In this document: in pieces, positions 1 through 8,984 of the stretch
How positions within the stretch are numbered: position 1 is the stretch's first letter
Layout: each line of letters opens with the position of its first letter
Origin: Lysobacteraceae bacterium
GTDB lineage: Bacteria > Pseudomonadota > Gammaproteobacteria > Xanthomonadales > Xanthomonadaceae
Assembly: GCA_003505795.1 (NCBI GenBank)
Contig: DNXT01000303.1
Span: 1-57,729, forward strand
Direction: 5' to 3'
DNA length: 57,729 bases
Made by a program: the position numbers and the translations under genes
The notes under the pieces: model-generated
The model's database searches: none
Told to the model about the DNA's origin: nothing
What the model saw: the letters and a program-made list of their open reading frames with translations, nothing else

Positions 1-1
1 G

Positions 2-199
2 TACAAGAACCAGCACTTCGTCTATGCCGGCGGCCAGCAGGTGGCGAGCCTGGACGAGGCCGGCAAGCTGGACGCGCTGAGCCGGATGACGGCCTTCAGC
101 AACACCGATACGGGCCGTACCCAGATCACCGTGCAGGCTGGCGACACCCTGCAGACGATCGCCCACGCCTACGCTTGGAACAATCTGGAAACGGCTTGA
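2..199 (+). CDS. 3' end (65 codons) of a CDS entering from upstream; C-terminus has a LysM-like stretch (ITVQAGDTLQTIAHAY)
   Basis: The frame is open from the window edge to TGA 197-199 with GC-rich third positions. The motif was recognised by eye only. Confidence 0.45.
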   Translation, partial: YKNQHFVYAGGQQVASLDEAGKLDALSRMTAFSNTDTGRTQITVQAGDTLQTIAHAYAWNNLETA

Positions 200-324
200 G
201 AGCCATGCCTCGTGCCGCATCCCCCGGCACCGTCATGGAGCTAAACTTTCCGACGCTTCATAGGACTATGGCTTGGCAAGGCACGATCCCGTGCACTTGC
301 GGGTCACATAGCCGGGGGTAGGGA

Positions 325-885
325 ATGGAACTGGAAAATCTGGACGACGACGAGCTGCTGGGCTTGTCGCTGGAGGCGTCGACCGCGGCGCGCGATGCCG
401 ACGCCGTGGCGCTGTTGAAGGTATTGGTGGAGCGCAACCCCCGGCATGCGCACGGGCAGTACCTGCTGGCGGCGCAGCATGCCCAGCTCGGGCTGCTGGA
501 TCGCGCCGAGCAAGGGTTTCGCGTGGCGGTGGAGCTTGCGCCCCGGTTCCCGATGGCGCGCTTCCAGCTCGGTCAGCTGCTCCTGGCGAAAGGCGAGGTC
601 GAGCAGGCAGCAAGCGAACTGCGCTCGGTTGGCTCGGCCGAACCCGCCCTCGCAGCCTATGCGGAAGGACTGTGCGCGCTGGCAGAAGGGATCCCGGCGG
701 AGGCCGTCGCCTCCTTGCGGCGCGGCCTGGCTGCGCCGCAGGCAATTCCGGCACTGGCCGAGGACATGCGCCGGCTACTCGAAAACCTCGCCGCGGATGC
801 GGGCCGGCCGGCCGAGGATGTCGACATGGCGACGAATCCGATGGCGGCGCCCATGTTGCTGTCCAACTACAACCGCTACAACTAA
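325..885 (+). CDS. Small TPR protein (186 aa), similar in size and architecture to class II type III secretion chaperones
   Basis: The ORF has an RBS-like GGGGGTAGGGA upstream. Helical TPR-like repeats are visible (GQYLLAAQHAQLGLLDRAEQGFRVAVELAP, ARFQLGQLLLAKGEVEQAASEL). The antisense ORF 266..892 is Arg/Pro-rich junk. Confidence 0.6.
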   Translation: MELENLDDDELLGLSLEASTAARDADAVALLKVLVERNPRHAHGQYLLAAQHAQLGLLDRAEQGFRVAVELAPRFPMARFQLGQLLLAKGEVEQAASELRSVGSAEPALAAYAEGLCALAEGIPAEAVASLRRGLAAPQAIPALAEDMRRLLENLAADAGRPAEDVDMATNPMAAPMLLSNYNRYN

Positions 886-894
886 ACTCCATCC

Positions 895-1284
895 ATGGAC
901 GTCAACCGCCTTTCCTCCACCAGCGCCCTGATCTCCGCACTGCGGAAAGAGGTGGTGGCCAGGAGCGGCGCCGCGGGGCGTCCGGCCACTACCCGCGAAA
1001 CGAACGCCTCCCAGGCCCAGGGGGCGCCATCGACGGTGCAGTTGCGTCGGCAGTTGGTCGAACTGGCCAGGGACGTGGACCTGCGGGACGAAGCCGCGGT
1101 GCGCCAGACCCGGAGCCGCTTCGTCCGTACGATTCTGCTGTGGGAATTCGGGCCCGGCCTGCGCGAGCATCCAGACTGGCGCGGTCTCATGGAAGGGGTC
1201 GAACAGTCCCTCGATGGCGCAGTCGCTGGCGGCGACCCCGCATTCATCCAACTGCTGAAGAGCCTCCAGGCCAAGCGCCGCTAG
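895..1284 (+). CDS. Hypothetical protein, 129 aa, no recognisable family
   Basis: The ORF starts 10 nt after the TPR gene stop on the same strand and has good GC3 bias. Confidence 0.5.
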   Translation: MDVNRLSSTSALISALRKEVVARSGAAGRPATTRETNASQAQGAPSTVQLRRQLVELARDVDLRDEAAVRQTRSRFVRTILLWEFGPGLREHPDWRGLMEGVEQSLDGAVAGGDPAFIQLLKSLQAKRR

Positions 1285-1497
1285 GTCGACTTCACGCCCT
1301 CTTGACAACCCTGATCGGGGTTGGATTAAAGTTGATACAGGGGGATACACAGCGAAATACGCAACGGATTGCAGTTGCGCGCACCTGCCCCGGGTAGGTG
1401 CGCCATATGCACGGCTGGCGTCGTAGATCGATGCGGATCCATGTGTTGCAAGGATTTGCCATGCCGGAACACGGCATGCCGCATTCATGGAAGTACC

Positions 1498-2646
1498 ATG
1501 CTGCCGCTGGATCGATTGACCAATTATCTGGCCGCTGACCCGGTCAATGCCGAACTGGCCTGTGCTCTGGCCGATCTGCATCTCGAAGCAGGGCACTTCG
1601 CGGAGGCCGGCCAGGTACTCGGTGGCTTGCCTGCTGGCGCGCAGTCGCAGGCCGGTGTGCAGTTCCGCCTGGCGCGCCTGGCGCTGATGGTGGGCGACTA
1701 CGCGGGAGCGGAGCAGGGCCTGCAGCAGTTGCTTGCCGCCGGGCAGGATGGTCCGGCGATTGCCCACGACCTCGCCTTTGCGCTGCTGTGCCAGCGTCGT
1801 CTCGATGCGGCGAGCCGAGTGCTGCAGGATTCACTCCAGCGTCATGGCACCAGCGTCGAACTGCTGGTGCTGCAGGCACGCATCGCACTGATGGAGCGGC
1901 AGTTCGCGCAGGCCGAGCAACACGTGGCCGCTGCATTGGCGCTGGAACCGGAGAACGCGGTGGCGATGGGCCTGCGTGCGCTGGGGCGGCTCGATGCCGG
2001 GGAGCTGCAGTCCGCCGGCGAGGCCGCGGCGCTGTGCCTGGCCCTGCATCCGGACCAGCACGAGGCGCTTCTGGCAGCAGGCTCGCTGGCGCTGTGGCAG
2101 CGTGACGACGGAACTGCCGAAATCCATTTCGCCAATGCGCTGGCGCGCTTCCCGAACTCGGGCCGGGCGCTGTCCGGCATGGGCCAGCTGCACATGCTGG
2201 CCGGGGAGCTGGAACAGGCGCGGGAGGTCCTGCGCCGTGCGGTCGAGACCATGCCCGATCACATCGGCACCTGGCATGCGTTGGCTTGGACCCAGTTGCT
2301 GCTGGGCGAGGTGACCGCGGCCGAGGAAAGCTATCGCAAGGCACTGGAGCTGGACCGCAACTTTGCCGAGTCGCACGGCGGACTGGCCATCGTCGACCTG
2401 CTGCTGGGACGCCCGCTCGAGGGCGAGGCCAACATGAAGCGCGCATTGAAGCTGGACCCGCGCTGCATCAGCGGCCGCTACGCCAGGACCCTATGGCTGG
2501 AGCAGCAGGGCGAACAGGCGCGCTCCACAAAACTGTTTGCCGAGCTGCTCGGCGAGGGTGCCCTGCCGGGCGTCAGCGGGCAGGATCCGCAGGCCATGGC
2601 CAGCCGACTCAAGTCCCGGATCCTGTCCGGCCCTTCCCGGCACTGA
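1498..2646 (+). CDS. TPR-repeat protein (~382 aa)
   Basis: There are multiple TPR-like repeats (AESHGGLAIVDLLLGRPLEGEANMKRALKLDP, GRALSGMGQLHMLAGELEQAREVLRRAVE). The start is placed at ATG 1498 after GGAAG; the track ORF start at 1369 lies in a structured non-coding leader. Confidence 0.7.
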   Translation: MLPLDRLTNYLAADPVNAELACALADLHLEAGHFAEAGQVLGGLPAGAQSQAGVQFRLARLALMVGDYAGAEQGLQQLLAAGQDGPAIAHDLAFALLCQRRLDAASRVLQDSLQRHGTSVELLVLQARIALMERQFAQAEQHVAAALALEPENAVAMGLRALGRLDAGELQSAGEAAALCLALHPDQHEALLAAGSLALWQRDDGTAEIHFANALARFPNSGRALSGMGQLHMLAGELEQAREVLRRAVETMPDHIGTWHALAWTQLLLGEVTAAEESYRKALELDRNFAESHGGLAIVDLLLGRPLEGEANMKRALKLDPRCISGRYARTLWLEQQGEQARSTKLFAELLGEGALPGVSGQDPQAMASRLKSRILSGPSRH

Positions 2647-2655
2647 AACCTGGCC

Positions 2656-2919
2656 ATGGACGCCGACACCGCCATGCAACTGCTGGCAGACACACTGATC
2701 GCGGCCGCCAAGGTCTCCGCGCCGGTGCTGCTGGTCGCGCTGCTGGTCGGCCTGGTGATCTCGGTGGTGCAGGTGGTGACCCAGGTGCAGGAAATGACCC
2801 TGACCTTCATCCCCAAGCTGATCGCCGTCGGCGCGGTGTGCCTGATGCTGGGCGGCTGGATGATCGCCACCACGGTCGAGCTGGCAAAGCGCCTGTTCGA
2901 TTTCGCCGCGGGACTGTGA
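2656..2919 (+). CDS. fliQ: Type III export gate protein FliQ (SctS family)
   Basis: 87 aa with two TM helices and a typical FliQ sequence (LLVALLVGLVISVVQVVTQVQEMTLTFIPKL). Confidence 0.9.
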   Translation: MDADTAMQLLADTLIAAAKVSAPVLLVALLVGLVISVVQVVTQVQEMTLTFIPKLIAVGAVCLMLGGWMIATTVELAKRLFDFAAGL

Positions 2920-2923
2920 CGGC

Positions 2924-3688
2924 ATGGAGTCGATGCAGCCCTTCCTCACCCTGTTCGGCCTGGCGACCCTGCGCTATCTGCCGCTGGCCGTGCTGCCGGC
3001 ACTGTCGCCGCTGGCGTGGGCACCGACCCTGGTACGGATCGTGGTGATGCTGGCGCTGGCATGGCTGACCGTGCTGGCACTGCCCGAAGGTGCGGGCTTC
3101 CAGGGCGGCGGTGGACGCCTGGTGCTGGCCATCCTCGGTGAATTGATGGTGGGCGCGGTATTCGGACTGGCCTTCATGCTGCCCAGCGCCGCGCTGCACA
3201 GCGCCGGCTGGGTGGTGGACATGCAGGCCGGCCTGGGCGCGGCGACGCTGTTCAACCCGGGCTCGGAGTCGGGCGCGGAGTCGCTGCTTGGCCATGCGCT
3301 GATGCTGGCCATGACCGTGCTGTTCTTCGTGCTGGACCTGCACCTGCTGCTGTTCCGCGCCATCGCCGCCAGCACCCAGTGGCTGCCGCCGGGGGGAGCC
3401 GGCATGCGCCTGGACGTGGAGGGCTTCATGCAGCTGCTCGGCGCCAGCTTCGTCGCCGGGGTGATGGTGGTCGCCCCTGTGGTGGTCGGGCTGTTCTGCG
3501 TCGATCTCGGGGTTGGCTATGCCTCGCGCTCGATGCCGCAGGCCAATGTCTACTTCCTGGCGCTACCGCTGAAGATCGCGGTGGCGATCGGACTGCTGGC
3601 GCTGACCCTGGCCTATGCGCCGGCGCTGATGGGGCGGCTGTTCGGCGAGGCGGCCGCACAGGTGCCGTCCGTGCTGGGAGGGCGCTGA
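2924..3688 (+). CDS. fliR: Type III export gate protein FliR (SctT family)
   Basis: 254-aa polytopic membrane protein located between fliQ and flhB. Its stop overlaps the flhB ATG (ATGA). Confidence 0.85.
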   Translation: MESMQPFLTLFGLATLRYLPLAVLPALSPLAWAPTLVRIVVMLALAWLTVLALPEGAGFQGGGGRLVLAILGELMVGAVFGLAFMLPSAALHSAGWVVDMQAGLGAATLFNPGSESGAESLLGHALMLAMTVLFFVLDLHLLLFRAIAASTQWLPPGGAGMRLDVEGFMQLLGASFVAGVMVVAPVVVGLFCVDLGVGYASRSMPQANVYFLALPLKIAVAIGLLALTLAYAPALMGRLFGEAAAQVPSVLGGR

Positions 3689-4749
3689 TGGCGCAGGGCG
3701 ACCAGGACAAGACCGAGAAGCCGACCCAGCATCGCCTGGAGGAAGCGCGGCGCCAGGGCCAGGTGGCCAAGAGTACCGAACTGGTCGGCGTGCTGAGCCT
3801 GCTGGTGTTCTCGGTGACGTTCCTGATGATTGCGGCGGGGCTGGCGACGGCGCTGGCCGGGACCATGCGCCAGCTGATCGGCATGGCCGGAGCGCGGCCG
3901 CATATCGGTGCAGGATTCGCGGCCTGGCTGGGCGAGTTGCATGCCGGCCTCGGCCCGCATCTGATCCCGCTGGTACTCGCGCTGCTGGTGGTCGCGGTGG
4001 CGGCGAACCTGCTGCAGACAGGGCCGATCTTCTCGGCGCACCCGATCAAGCCGGACTTCAAGCGCCTGCATCCCGGCAACGCGGTGAAGCGGCTGTTCTC
4101 GATGCGCGGCCTGTGGGAGCTGGGAAAGCTGACGGTCAAGCTGGGCCTGCTGGCCGCGCTGTGCTGGATGGCTGCGATTGCAGCGCCCGGCTTCGTCGGC
4201 AACATCGCCAATGCGGCGTCGGCGCGGCTGCCGGTCCTGCTGCTCGACAGTGCCTGGAAGACGTCGCTGTACCTGATCCTGGTGCTGGCGCTGATCGCCC
4301 TGGTCGACCTGTTGTTCGTGCGCCGCAATCATCTACGCCAACTGCGCATGAGCCGGCGCGAGCTACGCGACGAAACCAAGCGGCACAACGGCGATCCGGA
4401 GGTCAAGGCCCGGCAGAAGCGCAGCATCCGCGAGCTGCTGAAGAAGGTGCGCGCGGTGCAGCGCGTGGGTGATGCCGACGTGGTACTGACCAATCCCACC
4501 CATTACGCCGTGGCCCTGCAGTACCGGCCCCGGCAGATGCGTGCGCCGATCGTGCTGGCCAAGGGCCGCGGCTTCCTGGCCGGCCGCGTGCGCGACATGG
4601 CGCGCCGCGCCGGGGTGGCGGTCATGCCAGCGCCGCCGCTGGCACGCGCCCTGTATCGCCAGTGCGAGATCGATGCGCCTGTTCCCGAGGCGCTGTATGG
4701 GCAACTGGCGCCGATCTATCGCAAGCTGTATGCGCGGAGGAGTGCCTGA
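3688..4749 (+). CDS. flhB: Export switch protein FlhB (SctU family)
   Basis: The N-terminus is DKTEKPTQHRLEEARRQGQVAKS and the NPTH autocleavage motif is present (VVLTNPTHYAVAL). ATG 3688 overlaps the fliR TGA. Confidence 0.9.
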   Translation: MAQGDQDKTEKPTQHRLEEARRQGQVAKSTELVGVLSLLVFSVTFLMIAAGLATALAGTMRQLIGMAGARPHIGAGFAAWLGELHAGLGPHLIPLVLALLVVAVAANLLQTGPIFSAHPIKPDFKRLHPGNAVKRLFSMRGLWELGKLTVKLGLLAALCWMAAIAAPGFVGNIANAASARLPVLLLDSAWKTSLYLILVLALIALVDLLFVRRNHLRQLRMSRRELRDETKRHNGDPEVKARQKRSIRELLKKVRAVQRVGDADVVLTNPTHYAVALQYRPRQMRAPIVLAKGRGFLAGRVRDMARRAGVAVMPAPPLARALYRQCEIDAPVPEALYGQLAPIYRKLYARRSA

Positions 4750-6812
4750 TGAAGGCCTTGTTCTCGCTGATGTGGTCGGAGAAGCGCGACCTGCTGCTGG
4801 TGCTGCTGATCGTCGGCATCCTGATGGCGTTGTTCGTGCCGGTACCCGCTCCGCTGCTGGACTTCCTGCTGGTGATCAACATCAGCCTGGCGCTGCTGGT
4901 GCTGCTGGTGACTTTCTTCACGGAGTCGCCGCTCAATTTTTCCACGTTCCCGACGTTGCTGCTGATCGCCACGATGTTCCGCCTGGCGCTGAATGTCTCG
5001 GCCACCCGTTTGATCCTCGACGGCGCCGATGCCGGGCGGGTGATCGGCGCGATCGGCTCGTTCGTGATCGGTGGCAACTACGTGGTCGGCATCGTGGTGT
5101 TCCTGATCCTGGTGGTTGTGCAGTACGTGGTGGTCACCAACGGCGCGCAGCGCGTGGCCGAGGTTGCGGCGCGCTTCACCCTGGACAGCATGCCCGGCAA
5201 GCAGATGAGCATCGATGCCGACATGAACATGGGCCTGATCGACGAGCACGAGGCGCGCCGTCGCCGTGCCACGATCGAGAAGGAGGCCAACTTCTACGGC
5301 GCGATGGACGGCGCCACCAAGTTCGTCAAGGGCGACGCCATCGCGGGCATCGTCATCATCCTGATCAACATCGTCGGTGGCCTGGCCATCGGCATCGCCC
5401 AGATGGGCATGCCATGGACGGAAGCGGTGCAGCGCTTCACCCTGCTGACGGTGGGCGACGGCATCGTCACCCAGATTCCGTCGCTGGTGATCGCCGTGGC
5501 CACAGGCATCATCATCACCCGTGCCGCCGCCGACGCGCGGCTCGGCACCGAGATCCCGCGGCAGGTGCTGTCCAGCCCACGCGCCCTGGCGGTGGTGGCG
5601 CTGGCACTGATGGTGATCCTGCTGCTGCCGGGCTTCCCCAAGCTGCCGGTGCTGGTCGTGCTGGCCGGCGTGCTGGCATTGTGCTGGTACGCGTTCCGCC
5701 AGGCGTCGCAGCAGTCGGAAGAGGAGGAAGCCGATGCCGCCCACGCAGCGGATGCGCCGAGCCCGCAGCTGGACGCGCTGCAGCAGGCGCTGCGGGTGGA
5801 ACCGATCGAGATCCGCATGGGCGGCAGCGTGCATCAGCTGCTGTTGGGGCCGACGGGCGACCTGCAGGAGCGCATCGACCACCTGCGCACCCAGGTGGCG
5901 GGAGAGCTGGGTTTCATCGTCCCGCGTATCCAGACCAGCGTACGCCCGGAACTGGACACCCATGCCTACGAGCTGATGGTACAAGGCCATCGCGCAGGGC
6001 AGGGCAGCCTGCTGCCCGACCGCGTCCTGGCCATCAATCCGGGAGGCTCGCGGCCGCTGCTGGAGGGCACCGACACCCGCGATCCTGCATACGGCCTGCC
6101 CGCGCAGTGGATCGATCCGGCGGCACGCCAGTTCGCGCGCGGCGCCGGCTACACGCTGGTCGAGCCGGATACCGTGTTGATCACGCACCTCAACGAGGTG
6201 ATCAAGCGCCAGGCTCCGGAACTGCTGACCCGCGCCGAAACGGAACGGATGATCCGCCGCATGAAGGAGCAATGCGGGCCGATGATCGAGGAGCTGATCC
6301 CGAACATCCTCAGCTACTCCGACGTGCAGAAGACCCTGCAGCTGCTGCTGCGCGAACAGGTCAGCATCCGCAACCTGGAGGCCATCCTCGAAGTGCTGGT
6401 GGATGCCGGACGCAGTGTCAAGGCGCCGGAAGAACTGGCCGAGAAGGTCCGCGAGCGACTCGGACCCGGCATATGCCAGCGCTTCAACGATCCCAAGGGC
6501 GATTTCAACGTGCTGACCCTGGCGCCGGAAGTGGAGCGCGTGCTGATGGGCAACCAGCGCGCGGCCGACGGACGCGGCGCCCTGTTCACCGACATGGCCC
6601 AGTTCGACGCCTTCATCAAGCACCTGGCGCGGCAGTCCGAAGCGATGATGGGCCGCAGCCTCAACCCGGTATTGCTGTGCCCGGCCCCGCTGCGGCGGCC
6701 GCTGCGGGGCCTGATCCAGCGATCGCTGCCGCACGTGGCGGTGATCGGCCTGAACGAAATTCCATCCAGCGCCGTGGTGCGTTCTTTCGCGGCAGTGGGG
6801 ACATCCAGTTGA
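4749..6812 (+). CDS. flhA: Export gate protein FlhA (SctV family)
   Basis: 687 aa with an FHIPEP-type signature (VVQYVVVTNGAQRVAEVAARFTLDSMPGKQMSIDAD) and a large cytoplasmic C-domain. ATG 4749 overlaps the flhB TGA. Confidence 0.95.
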   Translation: MKALFSLMWSEKRDLLLVLLIVGILMALFVPVPAPLLDFLLVINISLALLVLLVTFFTESPLNFSTFPTLLLIATMFRLALNVSATRLILDGADAGRVIGAIGSFVIGGNYVVGIVVFLILVVVQYVVVTNGAQRVAEVAARFTLDSMPGKQMSIDADMNMGLIDEHEARRRRATIEKEANFYGAMDGATKFVKGDAIAGIVIILINIVGGLAIGIAQMGMPWTEAVQRFTLLTVGDGIVTQIPSLVIAVATGIIITRAAADARLGTEIPRQVLSSPRALAVVALALMVILLLPGFPKLPVLVVLAGVLALCWYAFRQASQQSEEEEADAAHAADAPSPQLDALQQALRVEPIEIRMGGSVHQLLLGPTGDLQERIDHLRTQVAGELGFIVPRIQTSVRPELDTHAYELMVQGHRAGQGSLLPDRVLAINPGGSRPLLEGTDTRDPAYGLPAQWIDPAARQFARGAGYTLVEPDTVLITHLNEVIKRQAPELLTRAETERMIRRMKEQCGPMIEELIPNILSYSDVQKTLQLLLREQVSIRNLEAILEVLVDAGRSVKAPEELAEKVRERLGPGICQRFNDPKGDFNVLTLAPEVERVLMGNQRAADGRGALFTDMAQFDAFIKHLARQSEAMMGRSLNPVLLCPAPLRRPLRGLIQRSLPHVAVIGLNEIPSSAVVRSFAAVGTSS

Positions 6813-6822
6813 GGAACATGCG

Positions 6823-7491
6823 ATGAGCGATACGATCCAGGCCCTGGCCCGCGCCCTGAACGTGGATATCCAGGGTATCAACGCGGTCAGCCACAACGTG
6901 GCCAACATCAACACTCCCGGATTCCAGGGTGCGCGCGCGGTGCCGGACTTCGCCGCCACCACCGGGCTGAGCCGGCAGGTGGCGCTGGGCGATGGCCCGC
7001 TGAAGCCCACCGCGCGTACGCTGGACCTGGCGCTGCGCGGCGACGGCTTCTTCGTCCTCGACCGTGCGGGCCAGCCGCTGCTTACCCGCGCCGGCAGCTT
7101 CGTGCGTGATGCCGAGGGCTATCTGGTGGCGCGCTCGGGCGACCGGGTAATGACCGACGCCGGCGCCCTGCTGCTGCCCGAGGGCGAGGTGCGGGTCGAC
7201 GAGCAGGGGGTGGTCTGGTCCGAGGACCGTCGCCTGGCCCAGCTGTCGATCATGGCGGTGGCCGATGCCAGCCAACTGCAGGCCGTCGACGGCGGCTACC
7301 GCTACGCGGGCAACCTGCTGGCCTGGAACGGCCGAGTGCAGCAGGGCGCCATCGAACAATCCAACGTGGATGCCGCCGCGCAGACCCTGCAACTGATCGA
7401 ACTGACCCGGCACGCCGAGTCCGTGCAGCGCGTGGTGTCCATCTACGACCGCACCCTGGACGTGGGCATCAACCGCATTGGCGACAACTAA
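6823..7491 (+). CDS. flgF: Flagellar basal-body rod protein, FlgF-like
   Basis: The N-terminal rod motif (SHNVANINTPGFQG) and C-terminal motif (AIEQSNVDAAAQTLQLIELTRHAESVQRV) are both present. Confidence 0.75.
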   Translation: MSDTIQALARALNVDIQGINAVSHNVANINTPGFQGARAVPDFAATTGLSRQVALGDGPLKPTARTLDLALRGDGFFVLDRAGQPLLTRAGSFVRDAEGYLVARSGDRVMTDAGALLLPEGEVRVDEQGVVWSEDRRLAQLSIMAVADASQLQAVDGGYRYAGNLLAWNGRVQQGAIEQSNVDAAAQTLQLIELTRHAESVQRVVSIYDRTLDVGINRIGDN

Positions 7492-7497
7492 GGAGCT

Positions 7498-8271
7498 TTG
7501 ACCGTGATCGATGCACTCTACATCTCGTCGACCGGCCTGCGCAGCCAGCAGGAGCAGATCGACGTCATCTCCAACAACGTGGCCAACATGCAGACCCCGG
7601 GCTTCAAGCGCGGGCGGGTCAACTTCGCCGAGATCGCGGCCGCGCCGATGCCGGGCGAGACCATGGGTACCATGGTTGGCACCCATGGCGGCGGCGCACG
7701 GGTGATGTCGACCTCGCAGGAGTTCGTGGCCGGTGCGCTGCAGCCCACCCGCGGCCCGCTGGACATTGCCATCGACGGCAACGGGTTCTTCGAGCTGGAA
7801 GACCTCAACGGCAACCGCTTCTACACCCGCTCCGGCCGCTTCCACATGGATGACCAGGGCTATCTCGCCGCAACCAACGGCATGCGCCTGACCGGCAGCC
7901 CGCAGGTTCCGCAGGGTGCCAGTGAGGTGCTGATCTCGGCCAATGGCGAACTCAGCGCGCTGCTGGACGGCGGCGAGGAGCGCAGCGTGCTCGGCAGTAT
8001 CGAACTGGTGCTGTTCGCCACCACCGACGGCCTGGAATCGATTGGCGACAACCTGTTCCGCGCCGGCACGCGCAACGGCGGGCCGTTGGCGTCGGTCGCC
8101 GGGGAGGGAGGAGCCGGGCGCCTGCAGCAGGGCTACCTGGAGGCCGCCAACGTCGACATGATCGACGAGATGACCGGCCTGGTGCTGGCGCAGCGCGCCT
8201 ATCAGCTCAATGCCCGGGTCCTGCAGGCATCGGACCAGGTGCTGGAAACCATCAACAACCTGCGCCGCTGA
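7498..8271 (+). CDS. flgG: Distal rod protein FlgG
   Basis: TTG start after AGGAG. Contains SNNVANMQTPGFKR and the C-terminus GYLEAANVDMIDEMTGLVLAQRAYQLNARVLQASDQVLETINNLRR. Confidence 0.85.
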   Translation: MTVIDALYISSTGLRSQQEQIDVISNNVANMQTPGFKRGRVNFAEIAAAPMPGETMGTMVGTHGGGARVMSTSQEFVAGALQPTRGPLDIAIDGNGFFELEDLNGNRFYTRSGRFHMDDQGYLAATNGMRLTGSPQVPQGASEVLISANGELSALLDGGEERSVLGSIELVLFATTDGLESIGDNLFRAGTRNGGPLASVAGEGGAGRLQQGYLEAANVDMIDEMTGLVLAQRAYQLNARVLQASDQVLETINNLRR

Positions 8272-8984
8272 TGCACCACCTCCTGCGCTCCTGCCTGGCC
8301 TTGTCCGTGCTGCTGCCGTCCGTCGCGGCCGCGGCGACGGCGGTGCCTGCCGATCGCCTGATCGCAGCCGCCCAACTGCGGTTGCAGGAACGCGCCGCGG
8401 GCATCCCGGGCGAGTGGCAGTTCCTGCCTGCCGGCACGGTCGGACCATCGACGGTGGAGCAGGACGGCGAACTCCGCGTCGAGGCCGGCGCCATCGACGG
8501 ACGCTGGCCACGCAGCCGCGTTGGCGTGCCGGTGCGGATCTTGGCGGGAGATGCGTTGCAGCAGGCGCGGATGCTGTGGTTCACCGTGCACGTCTGGCGC
8601 CAGGCGCAGGTGTATGCACGCGACATGCAGGCAGGTGAGCGCTCCGAAGACTTGGAGACGCAGGTGCGCCGCATCGACATCGCAGGGCACGGCGCCGAAG
8701 CGGCAATGCCGGACGGCGTCGGACTGCAGCCAGGCTTGCGCCTGCTGCGCAGCGTGCGCGCCGGACAACCGGTGCTGGCCAGCGACTTCGCGCAGATGCC
8801 GCTGGTGGCACGCAACACGCAGGTCGCGCTGCAGGTGCGGCGTGGCGGGGTGATGCTCAATACGGCGGCGACGGCGAGAGCGGACGCGGCCATCGGTGAA
8901 CGGGTGAGCGTGCTGCCCAGCGGGGCCACGCAATGGATCGAGGCGACGGTAAGGGGCCGCAATGAGGTGGCGATTGAAGACTGA
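8271..8984 (+). CDS. flgA: P-ring assembly chaperone FlgA
   Basis: Has a signal peptide and a C-terminal SAF-like part (GERVSVLPSGATQWIEATVRGRNEVAI). It sits upstream of flgH/flgI. Confidence 0.7.
   Translation: MHHLLRSCLALSVLLPSVAAAATAVPADRLIAAAQLRLQERAAGIPGEWQFLPAGTVGPSTVEQDGELRVEAGAIDGRWPRSRVGVPVRILAGDALQQARMLWFTVHVWRQAQVYARDMQAGERSEDLETQVRRIDIAGHGAEAAMPDGVGLQPGLRLLRSVRAGQPVLASDFAQMPLVARNTQVALQVRRGGVMLNTAATARADAAIGERVSVLPSGATQWIEATVRGRNEVAIED

Noticed and set aside
266-892. 208-aa minus-strand ORF opposite the small TPR gene
   Set aside because: It is a Pro/Arg-rich shadow frame, whereas the plus-strand frame has TPR periodicity and an RBS.
1324-1360. Possible sigma-28 promoter (TAAAGTTG ... 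GCGAAATA) in the leader before the TPR gene
   Set aside because: The spacing between the TAAA and GCGAAATA elements is ~21 nt rather than the ~15 expected, and the -10 element matches GCCGATAA poorly.
4716-7010. Very long antisense or out-of-frame ORFs across the flagellar-type block (e.g. 4716..7010 -, 4541..6826 +, 6661..8511 -, 9219..11018 -, 10424..12043 -, 11586..12965 -)
   Set aside because: Their translations are Arg/Ala/Pro/Gly-rich low-complexity strings. They overlap genes with unmistakable family signatures (FlhA, FlgG, FlgI, FliF). Long stop-free shadow frames are expected in DNA this GC-rich.
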